Positions 1 through 13,195 of a stretch of DNA of 64,000 bases are shown one piece after another. Below the pieces are notes generated by a model. That model saw only the letters and a list, made by a program, of their open reading frames with translations. It was not told the DNA's origin and searched no databases. Each line of letters starts with the position of its first letter. The stretch's first letter is position 1. The DNA is from Haliotis rubra. Its lineage: Eukaryota. The stretch spans positions 496,001-560,000 of the forward strand of contig NW_025767252.1 of NCBI RefSeq assembly GCF_003918875.1, read 5' to 3'. The translations under genes were made by a program, and so were the position numbers.

Positions 1-70
1 TTGCACACTATTGAGAAAAGGAGGGGTACACACTTCATTTTCACCCAGGTTTTGCACCCCTACGCCCCGT

Positions 71-530
71 TCTGGATCCCTCGTCCTGGGGTAGATGTAT
101 GTGGGGTAGAGGATCCTGACCAGATCTAATGTCTCTGGATCCCTCGTCCTGGGGTAGATGTATGTGGGGTAGAGGATCCTGACCAGATCTAATGTCTCTG
201 GATCCCTCGTCCTGGGGTAGATGTATGTGGGGTAGAGGATCCTGACCAGATCTAATGTCTCTGGATCCCTCGTCCTGGGGTAGATGTATGTGGGGTAGAG
301 GATCCTGACCAGATCTAATGTCTCTGGATCCCTCGTCCTGGGGTAGATGTATGTGGGTAGAGGATCCTGACCAGATCTAATGTCTCTGGATCCCTCGTCC
401 TGGGGTAGATGTATGTGGGGTAGAGGATCCTGACCAGATCTAATGTCTCTGGATCCCTCGTCCTGGGGTAGATGTGGCTGTGGGTAGTGGATCCCGGACC
501 AGATGTGGGGTAGTGGATCCTGACCAGATC
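71..530. repeat. 63-bp tandem repeat (~7 copies, decaying at right end)
   Basis: Unit tctggatccctcgtcctggggtagatgtatgtggggtagaggatcctgaccagatctaatgtc recurs at 71, 134, 197 and onward. Confidence 0.95.
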
Positions 531-571
531 TGAAGTCTGTGGTACATGACGTAACAGGATCCTGTTCTGAT

Positions 572-1200
572 GTGATGCCTGCGGGAGATGGGATAGCCTA
601 ACTTAGTCTGAAGTAATGCCTGCGGGAGATGGGATAACCTAACTTAGTCTGAAGCAATGCCTACGGGAGATGGGATAGCCTAACCTTGTTTGAAGTGATG
701 CCTGCGGGAGATGGGATAGCTTAACCTGGTCTGAAGTGATGCCTGCGGGAGATGGGATGGCCTAAGCTGGTCTGAAGCGATGCCTGCGGGAGATGGAATA
801 GCCTAACTTAGTCTGAAGTGATGCTTGCGGGAAATGGGATAGCCTAACCTGGTCTGAAGCGAAGCCTGCGGGAGATGGGATAGCCTAACTTAGTCTGAAG
901 TGATGCCTGCGGGAAATGGGATAGCTTACCCTGGTCTGAAGTGATGCCTGCGGGAGATGGGATACCCTAACCTGGTTTGAAGTGATGCCTGTGGGAGATG
1001 GGATACCCTAACCGGGTTGGAAGTGATGCCTGCGGGAGATGAGCTAGCCTAACCCGGTTTGAAGTGATGCCTGCGGGAGATGGGATAGCTTAACCTGGTT
1101 TGAAGTGATGCCTGCGGGAGATGGGATAGCTTAACCTGGTTTGAAGTGATGCCTGAGGGAGATGGGATAGCCTAACCTGGTTTGAAGTGATGCCTGTGGT
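572..1200. repeat. 41-bp tandem repeat (~15 copies)
   Basis: Unit gtgatgcctgcgggagatgggatagcctaacctggtctgaa at 572, 613 and onward. Confidence 0.95.
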
Positions 1201-2641
1201 ATAAAGAAAGGGGTAGTGGATCCTGTCTACAAGTGATGACCGTATAAGTGTGGCACTGCTAAGGAATGCAATTTGCACGGCTGTGCCTCATATTCTTTGG
1301 TCTTTATGTGTACTAGCAATGCAATTAGTTGACTGTGTTGGATCCAAGTATTGCCTTTATGAAGTGTCTAGCGTTCATATTTAAGAAGTAATAGGATTCT
1401 TGCACATTGACTTTTGCACTTTGACCATGCTGTTATATTCATTAAAAATATTTTTCTCTCATTTTTGACATCATGTCCTCAGAAGCTTTTGACAAAGAAG
1501 CTGAAACAAGGTGACCTATGAAAATGATGTCAAGGGGTTTCAGTCTGATGTTTTGATTATGGGTAGTTTGACATCTGAAGACCATTACTGACACATCTCT
1601 GCTCAAATTATAATGCTTGTAAACATTGTAAGGTGTTGACTATATATCCCAGTGTGGTACACACCTGTGGCACTGTATATGTCATTGTTCTGTACATTTT
1701 GTGGACTGTCTACGTCACAGACCCAGTAGCCTTGAGAAATGTCACCCATTGACCTTATTTGCATGACCTGTCTATACTGCTCGCCTTAGAACCACCCTGG
1801 TGTGCAGGGTGTTTATAGCCACTGTATTGTGTCAAGTACTCTTGTTGCATGACAAATTCAAATACAACATTTTCTTCCCAGTGAATGTAAGAAGAGGGTC
1901 TTTAATAGTGCTGGACTTCTGCATACCTGGACTTGGACAGCTCCAAAGGAAGTCAGCACTGGCACCGTGATCAGTATCCGGTCTCCAATAACTGGGTCAC
2001 ACTAATAACTGTTGACGTCACCCCCAGTTTGAATAAAGGATTTGTATGATTTTCTGTAACACGACGCCTCTTAACTCGTGAAAACTACATGTCTTGGCAC
2101 ATCTGTTTTAATGTCTTTTTGGGGGGTACATTGACTGAGCCTTAAACAATGACATGTCATGTTTCCTTCTGTGTTTTATGTCATTGTTAGGGAACATTGT
2201 CTGAGCATTAAACAATCACATTTCATGTTTCCTTCTGTGTTTTATGTCATTGTTAGGGAACATTGTCTGAGCTTTAAAAATGACATGTCATGTTTCCTTC
2301 TGTGTTTTATGTCATTGTTAGGGAACATTGTCTGAGCATTAAACAATGACATGTCATGTTTCCTTCTGTGTTTTATGTCATTGTTAGGGAACATTGTCTG
2401 AGCATTAAACAATCACATTTCATGTTTCCTTCTGTGTTTTATGTCATTGTTGGGAAACATTGTCTGAGCATTAAACAATCACATGTCATGTTTCCTTCTG
2501 TGTTTTATGTCATTGTTAGGGAACATTGTCTGAGCATTAAACAATGACATGTCATGTTTCCTTCTGTGTTTTATGTCATTGTTAGGGAACATTGTCTGAG
2601 CATTAAACAATGACATGTCATGTTTCCTTCTGTGTTTTATG

Positions 2642-2703
2642 CCCCGCCGTGATATTGCTGGAATATTGCTAAAAGCAGTGTAAAACCAAACTCACTCACT
2701 CAC
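2642..2703 (+). mobile_element. 5'-truncated SINE 3' tail with 13-bp TSD inside the satellite
   Basis: ccccgccgtgatattgctggaatattgctaaaagcagtgtaaaaccaaa(ctca)n matches the tail of the full SINEs at 39.0/41.5/52.0 kb; flanked by tctgtgttttatg at 2629-2641 and 2704-2716. Confidence 0.88.
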
Positions 2704-3244
2704 TCTGTGTTTTATGTCATTGTTGGGGAACATTGTCTGAGCTTTAAACAATGACATGTCATGTTTCCTTCTGTGTTTTATGTCATTGTTAGGGAACATT
2801 GTCTGAGCATTAAACAATGACATGTCATGTTTCCTTCTGTGTTTTATGTCATTGTTAGGGAACATTGTCTGAGCATTAAACAATCACATTTCATGTTTCC
2901 TTCTGTGTTTTATGTCATTGTTGGGAAACATTGTCTGAGCATTAAACAATCACATTTCATGTTTCCTTCTGTGTTTTATGTCATTGTTGGGAAACATTGT
3001 CTGAGCATTAAACAATCACATGTCATGTTTCCTTCTGTGTTTTATGTCATTGTTAGGGAACATTGTCTGAGCATTAAACAATCACATGTCATGTTTCCTT
3101 CTGTGTTTTATGTCATTGTTAGGGAACATTGTCTGAGCATTAAACAATGACATGTCATGTTTCCTTCTGTGTTTTATGTCATTGTTAGGGAACATTGTCT
3201 GAGCATTAAACAATGACATGTCATGTTTCCTTCTGTGTTTTATG

Positions 3245-3306
3245 CCCCGCCGTGATATTGCTGGAATATTGCTAAAAGCAGTGTAAAACCAAACTCACTC
3301 ACTCAC
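3245..3306 (+). mobile_element. Identical duplicate of the truncated SINE tail
   Basis: Same 62 bp and same TSD (3232-3244, 3307-3319), 603 bp downstream of the first copy. Confidence 0.88.
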
Positions 3307-5060
3307 TCTGTGTTTTATGTCATTGTTGGGGAACATTGTCTGAGCTTTAAACAATGACATGTCATGTTTTCTTCGGTGTTCTATGTCATTGTTGGGGGAA
3401 CATTGTCTGAGCTTTAAACAATGACATGTCATGTTTCCTTCGGTGTTTTATGTCATTGTTAGGGAACATTGTCTGAGCTTTAAACAATGACATGTCATGT
3501 TTCCTTCTGTGTTTTATGTCATTGTTAGGGAACATTGTCTGAGCATTAAACAAGGACATTTCATGTTTCCTTCTGTGTTTTATGTCATTGTTTGGGGAAC
3601 ATTGTCTGAGCTTTAAACAATGACATGTCATGTTGCCTTCTGTGTTTTATGTCATTGTTGGGGAACATTGTCTGAGCATTAAACAATGACATGTCATGTT
3701 TCCTTCTGTGTTTTATGTCATTGTTAGGGAACATTGTCTGAGCATTAAACAATCACATTTCATGTTTCCTCTGTGTTTTATGTCATTGTTAGGGAACATT
3801 GTCTGAGGTTTAAACAATGACATGTCATGTTTCCTTCTGTGTTTTGTGTCATTGTTGGGGAACATTGTCTCAACTGTGTATTGTGTAAGTACCTGTCATC
3901 TTAATGCACAGAGGCCTACTGTTTTAGGACTGTCTACTTACAATTCAGTTTTACGTCTGCAGTTTGTCTGTGTTGAAATTTTATAACAGGATGTTTAAGT
4001 TGAAATATGCGTCCAAACTTACATAGCTATTTGTACGTGGCGATCAAAGGTTCCTGGTAATGGGTAACACTCCCATAGTAACACTCCCATAGTTGAACCC
4101 TGAGTCATTGGGGCTTAAGAATGTGGTCGTTGTACTTGGTTCAGACTTGACACGCTGGGTCTCAACAATTACAGTAGTGGACACCCAGACTACAATGCTG
4201 TACACATTAAGGCTTTTAGAAATAATTAGTTTATGATGCTTACAATTCCACAGCTGAACTCTGAGCCAGAGTGCAATTTGAACACGTTAACAATTAATTA
4301 GTTTATTAAGCTTTCAACCCAGGTTTCACAGATTTGGAATGAAATTATTTTCGAAAACTGATTCTCTCTCTTGAGTTGGTTGGCTAATGAATCTTGAATC
4401 CAGGTCTTCAGCGTAACGACTGAATACTTTACCACTGGGTTACTGACAGACTCTAATTCACTTAATACATGGCCATAATTAGTTCGTTCTTAATACAAAC
4501 TTGGAATACGTGTTGATTGACTTGAAATCAGTGTCGAAGAGAAGCATAAGTCACATAAATACTCACATTATTTTAAATTGATTTTATTGATTTCCTTAAG
4601 TGGCATATAGAAATTGGAATGATGAAAAGGGCGATTGTTTAAAGAAAGACTACTTGTTTGTTGTAATGGTTGCCACGTTTTGGTGTAGATGCTGACACCG
4701 TTATCAAGCAAGTGATAAACAACATTATCAACAAGGAGAATATATACATGAAAGATGTTTGAGCCAACCGGTTTCACTTTGTTGATAGTGCTATAGTACA
4801 TTGATCTATCGTGTGCTGCAAGACATAATATTCTGTTTATCTAATGGCTGTGAAACATGTGTCACACATATTGGTTATTCAATTAAGTGATGATATCTCA
4901 TGTATTGGAGACATACATATACCTGAGGTATTCAAAATATAACCTTTAAGATTTCTTGTCTATGCTCCACATCATACTGCCTCGGCTTTTAAAGATCCTT
5001 CCCTGATGACATGAGGAAGCTGAGAGTGTGAATACTCCTACGTCACGTCAGACATGCAAG

Positions 5061-6700
5061 TCATGTGAACACCTTAATAACTCCTTCAGTGCTGAGACAA
5101 ACATACATGTAACCATATGGGTCTACACAGACATCCACAGGATGGTTAATACCGCTCTCTTCCGTCAGTATGTTTCTTACAAACTGTCCTGACTCAGTCA
5201 GATGGATGACTCTGTATAGACTGTGGTCTGTAACCAGGATGTCGCCTGTGTCGGTACTTGTGATACCATGAGGACACTCCAGTGCTGTGTCTCCTGTAGG
5301 TCTGTAGCTGAACACCACATCTCCCTCGGGGGTCAGACACACGACACACTTGGTTCCATAGTCAGACACCAGGATGTTACCTGTCCTCGTCGTACTGAGG
5401 AAGTCGGGACACTGTAAGATGTTGTTACCTTTGTGGCGTGGACTGATAGACCTCAACACGTTTCCTGTCATATCCAGGATGTCAACACAGGGAGGAGAGT
5501 GGGAACTAGCTGCTAGTGTTGATGGTGTCAGGGACGTTATACCCCAATACTGTCTGCTGGTCCTCATGGTTGTCAGTAACTCCAGGTCTGGTTTGACTTT
5601 TATTGTTACAATCTGTTTGGTTGCTGGCACAGTGACAGCTACCTGATCGTGTGTCAACTTGGTCAGACTCCATGGGTCACCACTCAGACTGAGTTTACTG
5701 TGCTGTGTCTGGTTGTTCTTGACGTAGAAGGCCTTCACACTGGTGTTTCTGTAATCTGTGACTACAACGGTGTCTGTGTCATTCACCACCAGCACTGTCA
5801 CGTTTATGGGGTTTGGGTTACTCCTATCGTCTTCTACTGTGATTTCAATGGTGTCTCGTAACACAGGAGTAGCCTTCAGGTCCAGCACACTCTCATACAG
5901 GACCTCTATCTCACCCAGCTGTAGATCGTCCAGTGCTTTACTCAGCTTGTCTTGTCTGAATGTGACACTGGCTATTCTTCCTCTCTCCTTCAGGTCAGTG
6001 TCTCCGACAGCCTCCACATCACCGGCCTCACATCCCTGATACATCTCATACACATCCATGTCACACTCAGATTGTAGAGCCTGGTCTATCAGCTCCGTCT
6101 GATGTTGGTACATCAGTACCGACATCTCACCTGTCTTTATGTCTGCTTTCAATTGTCCGATGTGTTTATGTGAAATATTTTCCATCCGATCGAGTAGCTT
6201 CCTTTCTTTTTTCTTGGCCCGATCTATAACTTTCTGGCATGCGGAATGAATGTGTGACTTCATCAGTGAATAATGATCTCTCTCTCTCTGCTCCTGCAAC
6301 TTTTGTTCCTTCACACGAAGTTTTGTCTCACCTTCCTTCTTTGTTAATGACTTCTTCATTTCTGTCAGCTCTGTTTTCATTGTCACCATCTGTGAGGGGA
6401 TCGTGACAACGGCATCACATTTCCTGTGGTAAAGTATGCAACATTTCTGACACACGGCCTTCTTGCAGTCCTGACACAGAAATTCTAGCGACTCCTGTTT
6501 GTGCTCCTTGCACATGGCCTTTCGCTTTCCCTTGACCTTGACCTCTCCAGACAGGTCAGTGACGTCATGGTGACGAAATGATGGGATGCGGTTGTGAGCT
6601 CCAGTACATTTCTCACAGAGTGCATCATCACAGACGGAGCACCAAGCAACAGCCACAGTTGTCTCCCCATATTCTTGGCAGTAGGTACAATTGGTCGTAT
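5061..6700 (-). CDS. TRIM-NHL E3 ligase copy 1, coding exon 2 (B-box1, B-box2, coiled coil, NHL-like beta-propeller)
   Basis: CxxC..CxxC...C..C..H B-box1, CxxH..CxxC..CxxC...H B-box2, helical coiled region, NHL-type repeats (P.GIT..G.ILVTD). Acceptor tttacag at 6702-6701; its phase matches exon 1 (G+AT=Asp). Joined CDS is 1932 nt = 643 aa. Confidence 0.9.
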
Positions 6701-7019
6701 CTGTAAACACATCACATTTGCAAAATAACATCTCGCCTACTTAAGAGACTTACACATGTTTATCTCTCATTGTATCTTTATAGCACAGGAAACACTAGTA
6801 ACAAACATTGACCAATTCAGTAAGACCCAAATGACACATTTCTGAGACGATCACCCATTGAATTCTGTTGAGCACCCAACGACACATAAGCTGGCCACTT
6901 TATATGGTACACCTGTAGTCCATCTGTGGGTGTTGCTTTATACATGGGAGTCTCAGTACAATGGTTAAGGAGTCATGTCAGCTGGGATGGTCGGGAGAGA
7001 ACAGAACAGAACAGGACTC

Positions 7020-8030
7020 CTGGGATGAGGTGGTCGGTACAGGTAAATGGGAGGGTCGGGGTGGGTTGGGCAGGTGAATGAGACTCCTGGGGTGGTGGGA
7101 CAGGTGGATGGGAGTGATGGGATGGGTGTGACAGGTGAATGGGAATGCTGGGGTGGGTGTAACAGGGAAATTGGAGTGTTGGGGTGGGTGGGACAGGTGA
7201 TTGCGAGAGTCGGGGTGGATGGGATAGGTGAAAGGGACTGCTGGGGTGGGTGTGACAGGTGAATGTTATAGCGGGGGGTGGGGGGAGTCGGACAGGCAAT
7301 GGCATTGCTAGGGTGGATAAGACAGGTGAATGGGGCTGCTAGGGTGGGTGTGACAGGTGGATGGAACTACTTGGATGCATTAGACCGATCCATGGGACTG
7401 CTAGGATGGAAGGGACAGGTGAATGGGACTGCTGGGGTGGGTGGGACAGATGATTGGGAGAATCGGGGTGAGTGGGACAGGTGAATGAGGATGCTGGGGT
7501 GAGTGGGACAGGTGAATTGCAGAGTCGGGGTGGGTGGGACATGTGAATGGGAGTGCTGGGGTGGGTGGGACAGGTGAATGGATGGGGCTGCTGGGGTGGG
7601 TGGGACAGGTGGATGGGTGTGTTTTGGTGGGTGGGACAGGTGGATGGGAGTGTTGGGGTTGGTGGGACAGGGGAATGTGAGTGTTGGGGTGGGTGGGACA
7701 GTGGAATGGGAGTGCCAGGGTCGGACAGGTGAATGGGAGTGCTGGGCAGGATGGGACAGGTGAATGAGAATGCTGGGGTGGATGGGACAGGTGGATGGGA
7801 GTGCTGGGGTGGGTGGAATAGGCGATTGCTTTGCTAGGGTGGATAAGACAGGTAAACGGGAGTGCCAGGGTCGGACAGGTGAATGGGAGCGCTGGGCAGG
7901 ATGGGACAGGGGAATGTTATTGCGGGGTGGGTTGGACAGGTGAATGTTGTTGCTGGCGTGAATGGGACAGTTGAATGGGAGCGTTGGGTAGGGTAGAACA
8001 GGTGAATGGCAATGCTGGGGTGGGTGGCAC
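7020..8030. repeat. Degenerate ~32-bp G-rich minisatellite in TRIM copy 1 intron
   Basis: Unit ~gggacaggtgaatgggagtgctggggtgggt; source of the Pro/His-rich spurious ORFs. Confidence 0.9.
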
Positions 8031-8245
8031 ATTGTTCTGCCACTAACCTACTGACATAGACCACTAGACTCGTTTTATTTGCAGCAAATGTTATTTGGTT
8101 ACTTTTGCACATTGGGCCAACGATTTAGGAATTCTTCTCCTGAAATGGAAACGGACGGGCAGATATGGTGATCGCTATATCTCACTGTTTCTCAAACAGG
8201 AATATACATATATCTGTTTGGTAGAGGGTATAAAGTTGTAGCTAC

Positions 8246-8537
8246 CTTTGGATCCAGGGCCAAACGAGTCCAAGAGTCCCTGGATGAGAAAGATAGGTTT
8301 GACGTCATCCGCCCACTCCTCCACTGGTCTCTCAGGGGCAGACACTTTCGTCATCTTTCTGCAGAATGGACACAGGAGGGACTTAGCACTGATGGCTTCT
8401 GGTCTGGTTTTGGTGTAGTTGACGATACATTTCCGACAGAAGGTGTGATTACACACAAGTGTACATGGCTTGTCAAACACCTCTGTACATATTGTACAGG
8501 ACAAGAAATGGTCCGTCAGCTTCTGAGAGGTTGCCAT
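8246..8537 (-). CDS. TRIM-NHL copy 1, coding exon 1 (C3HC4 RING)
   Basis: MATSQKLTDHFLSCTICTEVFDKPCTLVCNHTFCRKC...CPFCR; donor AAAG|GT at 8245; ttcag immediately before the ATG implies an upstream 5'UTR exon. Confidence 0.9.
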
Positions 8538-9060
8538 CTGAAACCAGGTAAATAATGTCTACACTCTTGACATCTATCTAACATTGTCCAACTGCAGGTG
8601 ATTCAGAACCTCTGTACAGACAGGTGACTGTAAAGTTTAACTCACTCAACTCACTGTCTCAGTGTACCTCAGGTGATGTTGATGCGGCAGTGTGTACATA
8701 TCACGTTTTACAGATTGGTGAGATAGTAAAGTATGCAATTAAAGCTAATGGCATATATAAACGCTTCCAATAGTGTCTATGGTATATGTAACCATCTTTG
8801 GTTCTGTGGAATTAGGATATGCACACACGAATCAGTCACGGATATTGTGTGTAATGAATCGTTGGGTGTTGTCAATGGATGTGAATAGCCAATATCAATG
8901 GTCAAAAAGTTCAATCCAACTTTGTGGCAGACTAATTCTGAGATCTAATAATGAGATCAAGAGTAAAAGAGTATTTGCAGCCCCACACGGCCATGTGTTG
9001 ATCGACCTAGAAGTCGTTAGATATGGACAGCCATAGCATGTGATATCTCCGGGACTTAAA

Positions 9061-9165
9061 GGGGCCACATGCATGAAGCCATCTTAGCCCTACGACTATC
9101 TTATGTCTATACTGAAGCAAGGATGTTACGACCGCTGTAGCGCTAAGATCGCTTTACATGCAAAT
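9061..9165. mobile_element. Degenerate hairpin MITE of the GGGCC-terminal family
   Basis: gcatgaagccatcttagccctacgac ... gtagcgctaagatcgctttacatgc is similar to the elements at 23358 and 58816. Confidence 0.5.
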
Positions 9166-9691
9166 TAAATGACCCAGCAAAAGGGGCACGGTTTGCCCAG
9201 CCGTCTAAGGTGCGGTGATTGTTCTTCAACACCAAGTATATTATCCTAAATATTATAGTTCCTAAATATAACATAGTTATACTTGATAGAGGAACAGTAA
9301 AAACAGAAAAAGACCATTTTCCCACAAGAAGAGTGTCCGTTACAACTGGCGAGAAATTGGTACAAATCCTGAATACACGCTGCGCTCTTACAGTTGGTTT
9401 ACTTGCTATGACACAATAAAGCCATATATAGCAAAATTCCCCCTTGTGAAATGGTCAATATGATAATTATGATTTTCTTGAAGTATCAGTGGAGCACAAC
9501 AGCTGACTGAATACCTCCTGTGTCATTCTGTGTTGATCACGTGTGCTCATTACCATAACGAAAGTAAACAACATGCACTTCCTTGTTGTGTACACTATCT
9601 ACATGTACGATGTATGTAGGGCACAGGCAACACACTGGAGATTGTGGCGGCTGTAGACCACGACAGGAGACTAATACACACGCACTGCTGG

Positions 9692-9800
9692 CATAAACTA
9701 CACCTAATTATCACTGTTGACATAAACTACACCTAATTATCATTGTTGACATAAACTACACCTAATTATCATTGTTGACATAAACTACACCTAATTATCG
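9692..9800. repeat. 29-bp tandem repeat (~4 copies)
   Basis: cataaactacacctaattatcattgttga repeated. Confidence 0.9.
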
Positions 9801-11014
9801 ACTCACTATACTCGTCAAGATCTGACGGAATACAACAAACAATATTCGACTTTGGACTGAGTCCTTGGACAGGGCGTAAATAGTTTTAAATATACTGAAT
9901 ACTTGATACATCAGATAACCAGAAACAGTGTGATTGTGTTTCCATCAACACCAGGACCAACCATCCAGTATTTGATACATTATGATGTATAGCAACTTAC
10001 CGCACTGTCCACCTTCACACTTCACAACCGCCACTTGCCGTGTGGGCGTCACCAGCGGTGTAGAGGGTAAATGTACACCCGCGACAAAGTATTACCTGTC
10101 ATGACAGGTAAAGATGATCTTGTGCGACACTACACTTCGTAGCAAAGGGGAAGGACCAGCAAAATGGTTGGGCGCTGACAAACCTAAAGCACTGTCGGAA
10201 ATAGAAAACAACTGTTTTTAGGCTGTTACTCCATATCCCTAACATTTACACAATTGCAAATAGCATAATGGAAATAACCCACATCGGCCTAACAGGGCGT
10301 TCAGTGGGATGCATAGTCAACGCATGTCAAAGCTTAGAAAAAATAGGAACAGCTGCTGAAAACAATAGATCAGACTAAAGATGGCAATTTAAATCGCTCA
10401 GCCTCGGGTGTTGTTTTAATTAATCTCCATATTTAGTGTCTAAGATGCCTAGAGGCACAAGGGGTCATCTCAAAGAAGATTTTATATTTTTCATGTGTGT
10501 TGAATATTTTTCATCTATTGATTACGTGTCTTTCTTTCATAAAGTTTTGTTGAGATGTGTAAAAGTGTATGATACCCATAGAAAAAATTAAATCAGCCAT
10601 CGTATTAATTGTCGCAAAATATATAGGTGGCATGACCAGCCGAAGATCGACAGGAGTGGATGTTATTTGTAAATTGTTATGACATGCCGTTTACTTTCCC
10701 AGCTTAAATCCCCTAAAGGATTATCATATCTTAGCTGATATCTCTATCCCCTAGCCCGATCCCAATCACCGTCTGCGACACCCATACTGGTTGTGCTTTT
10801 GAGAAGACCCCTCCTATCTTTTCCTTTTGATAATGATAGTGAGACTTCATGGTAGCTACATCCATAATAGTTTCAATATCAAAGTTATAATTTTTTACGT
10901 CAGCTATCGTTTATTATGAAGCTAAGTTTAATTTCAAAATGGGCATATAAAAAAGGGTCCTTTGTATTAGAATATCATCGCACACTAATTTGCATGTGGT
11001 CTGTTCCAAATGAA

Positions 11015-12421
11015 TCAGTATGTTTGAGATGACAAGTTAAAATTGATATTGAAGGTGTCACCGTAAACGTTACTGTTGCTGAATAATCCAGATGTCATTC
11101 CGTGGAGTGTAGTAGTGTTTTGGTTTACCTGACTGCTGTTAGGCCTACATTCAAACCATTTTGGAAGTGACACGCGTTGTTGGTGAGAGACAGCTTTAGA
11201 CGAATTGTCAACAGGAACAAGAGAGTTTTCTTTACTACCAGTAAGGATACCAGACATGTGTTTCTGCATTGGAAGGGGAAGCAACAGCATAGTCATTGAG
11301 ACTGTTCACCGTTTTGTGCCCTGACAACTGACATATTGTCGTCGGTTCTACACCGGGATGAAGCAGCTGTGTATACATGGACTTTCGAGCACTGTAAGTT
11401 GTGATTTGTTCACAGTTTTTTGCCCTGAATTGGAACGTGAATCGAGTCCACAGAGTGTGTTGAAACCATAGACCATCAGACTTTCTCTTGTGATTGATCG
11501 CTAGGTAAAATGGTCCATTGGGAGCTAACGTCCTTTTTGGCCGTTGTTTGGCAAATGATTTGTACACTGGGAGGATACATGTTTCATTTCCGGGGAATAT
11601 TTTAGGATTGAACATGCGATGGTGTGTGGAATTTCCGTCCCTTGTTTAGTCTCCCCTTACCCAAAACTCCAGATTCTCCTGGCCATCAGAATCTGTTTTA
11701 AGTTGAACGTCCCTTCATTTTCATTTTCTGCTTTCAACCCGCCCACGCAATCCAAACATTTTAGTAAAATAGTACCATAAAAATTGACAGAGGTGAATGA
11801 CTCCCAAGTTCGCCCTTTTCCCTCAACCGCTCCTCATCTTCCACTGACAGAGACTCAGATATATTTGGCCGATTCCCCTTACCTGTTTGTTTTAGTATTT
11901 TCGTTTTGGCTTCAAGAACTTTTCTACTGGCAAGGAATTCCGCATCTCGCACAATGTTAGATGGGTCATCGTTGTCAGGAAGGTGGCGATCAATGGCTCG
12001 ATGGTAGGAGGTTAATGTGTCAGGTTCGTAAGGTTCACCATTGTCCTTCTCTAGAGAAAAAATGTAGGATCCAATAAGAACATCAAGTTCTTGGGGAGGA
12101 AGGGTCAGCATGTCCTGTTTCACATTGTTTTCCAATAGAAAATGGTTGCATTTAGAAACAAGACTGTTTGTTTTCTGTACCGTGGTGACACTTTTCTTGG
12201 TCTCGATGTATGCCTTGAAACCTTTGATGTTCTTTGTTACGAGAGGCACTGGTTATGATTCCAAAGTAATCATCCAGTTCAAACGTACCAAAATTTTCGT
12301 CCAATAACATGTCAAATAAGTCTTGATGGATAGTACCATCGATGTCATTGTTGCCGACATTTTGACAACAAGCAGGCGATGTATGTGACGTGAAAAAAGA
12401 CAAACACATTTTTTCTTTCAA
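11015..12421 (-). pseudogene. Decayed Crypton-like tyrosine recombinase (DUF3504; ZMYM/QRICH1/KCTD1-related)
   Basis: Fragments in different frames: GEPYEPDTLTSYHRAIDRHL, SRKVLEAK..LKQTGKGNRPN..LS.EDEE.L...G.LG..SP, and the YR C-terminal motif YSARKS...SGHKTVNSLNDY. Frameshifts and stops present. Confidence 0.75.
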
Positions 12422-13195
12422 TCTTTTAATGTAACCAACAAGTACGATATTGTTTTACGTTTCTAAATTAATCATATACAACCTAAAAATCATATTATTA
12501 AATTCAATTGACACACCTCTCGTTAGCTGGGTACGGAAAATCCCGGAAAGTGCCGAGCTTGGGAGAAACTAGAACTGGCAGGGTTTCAATACTGAATCTG
12601 GAGTGCAATAGGGAATTTGACTACTTCATCCGTATTGAACCCCTGTATTACTATCTTAAGTTTACATGAGTATGTAATAAAAAAGTAGAATACGGGTTGC
12701 CTTGAAATCAGTGTTGAAGATAAGCATAAGTGACATTAATACTCACAACATTTAAAATTGATTTGCTCGAGTGGCATACAGAAGCTGGTATGATGAACAG
12801 GTAAGATGTTTTAAAAAAAGACTATTGCAATGGATGCGGCATTTCGGTGTAGATGCTGACACCGTTATCAAGCAGGTGATACACAACATTATGAACAAGG
12901 AGAATATATACATGAACGATGTTTGAGCCAACCGGTTTCACCATGTTGTGCTGTAATACATGGGTCTAACGTTTACTGCAAGAGTTGGAGTTCGGTTAAT
13001 CTTCTGTCAGGGACACATATGTCAGACATATCGTTTATACAATTATATGCTGATATCTCGTGTATTGGAGATATCCATATACCTGAGGTATCCAAAATAT
13101 TAAAACTTGTCATCTTTAAGGTTTCTTGTGTATACTCAACATCATACTGTCTCGGCTTTTAAAGATCCTTCCCTGATGGGAAGCTGAGAGTGTGA

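Larger units (their letters stand above)
2135..3870. repeat. 66-bp tandem repeat with a 603-bp higher-order duplication
   Basis: Unit catgtttccttctgtgttttatgtcattgttagggaacattgtctgagcattaaacaatgacatgt; gives the 22-aa periodic spurious ORFs. Confidence 0.95.

Noticed and set aside
2356-3631. 22-aa repeat ORFs
   Set aside because: Products of the 66-bp satellite.
6701-6731. MLFCKC... start of the 556-aa ORF as a real N-terminus
   Set aside because: These codons are intron/acceptor sequence; the RING exon splices in frame at 6700.
6973-8112. Pro/His-rich extensin-like ORFs (also 18959-19692)
   Set aside because: Intronic 32-bp minisatellite, open in several frames.
9430-9570. NF-kB/ISRE-like motifs upstream of TRIM copy 1
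   Set aside because: Only partial consensus matches, and the TSS is unknown.
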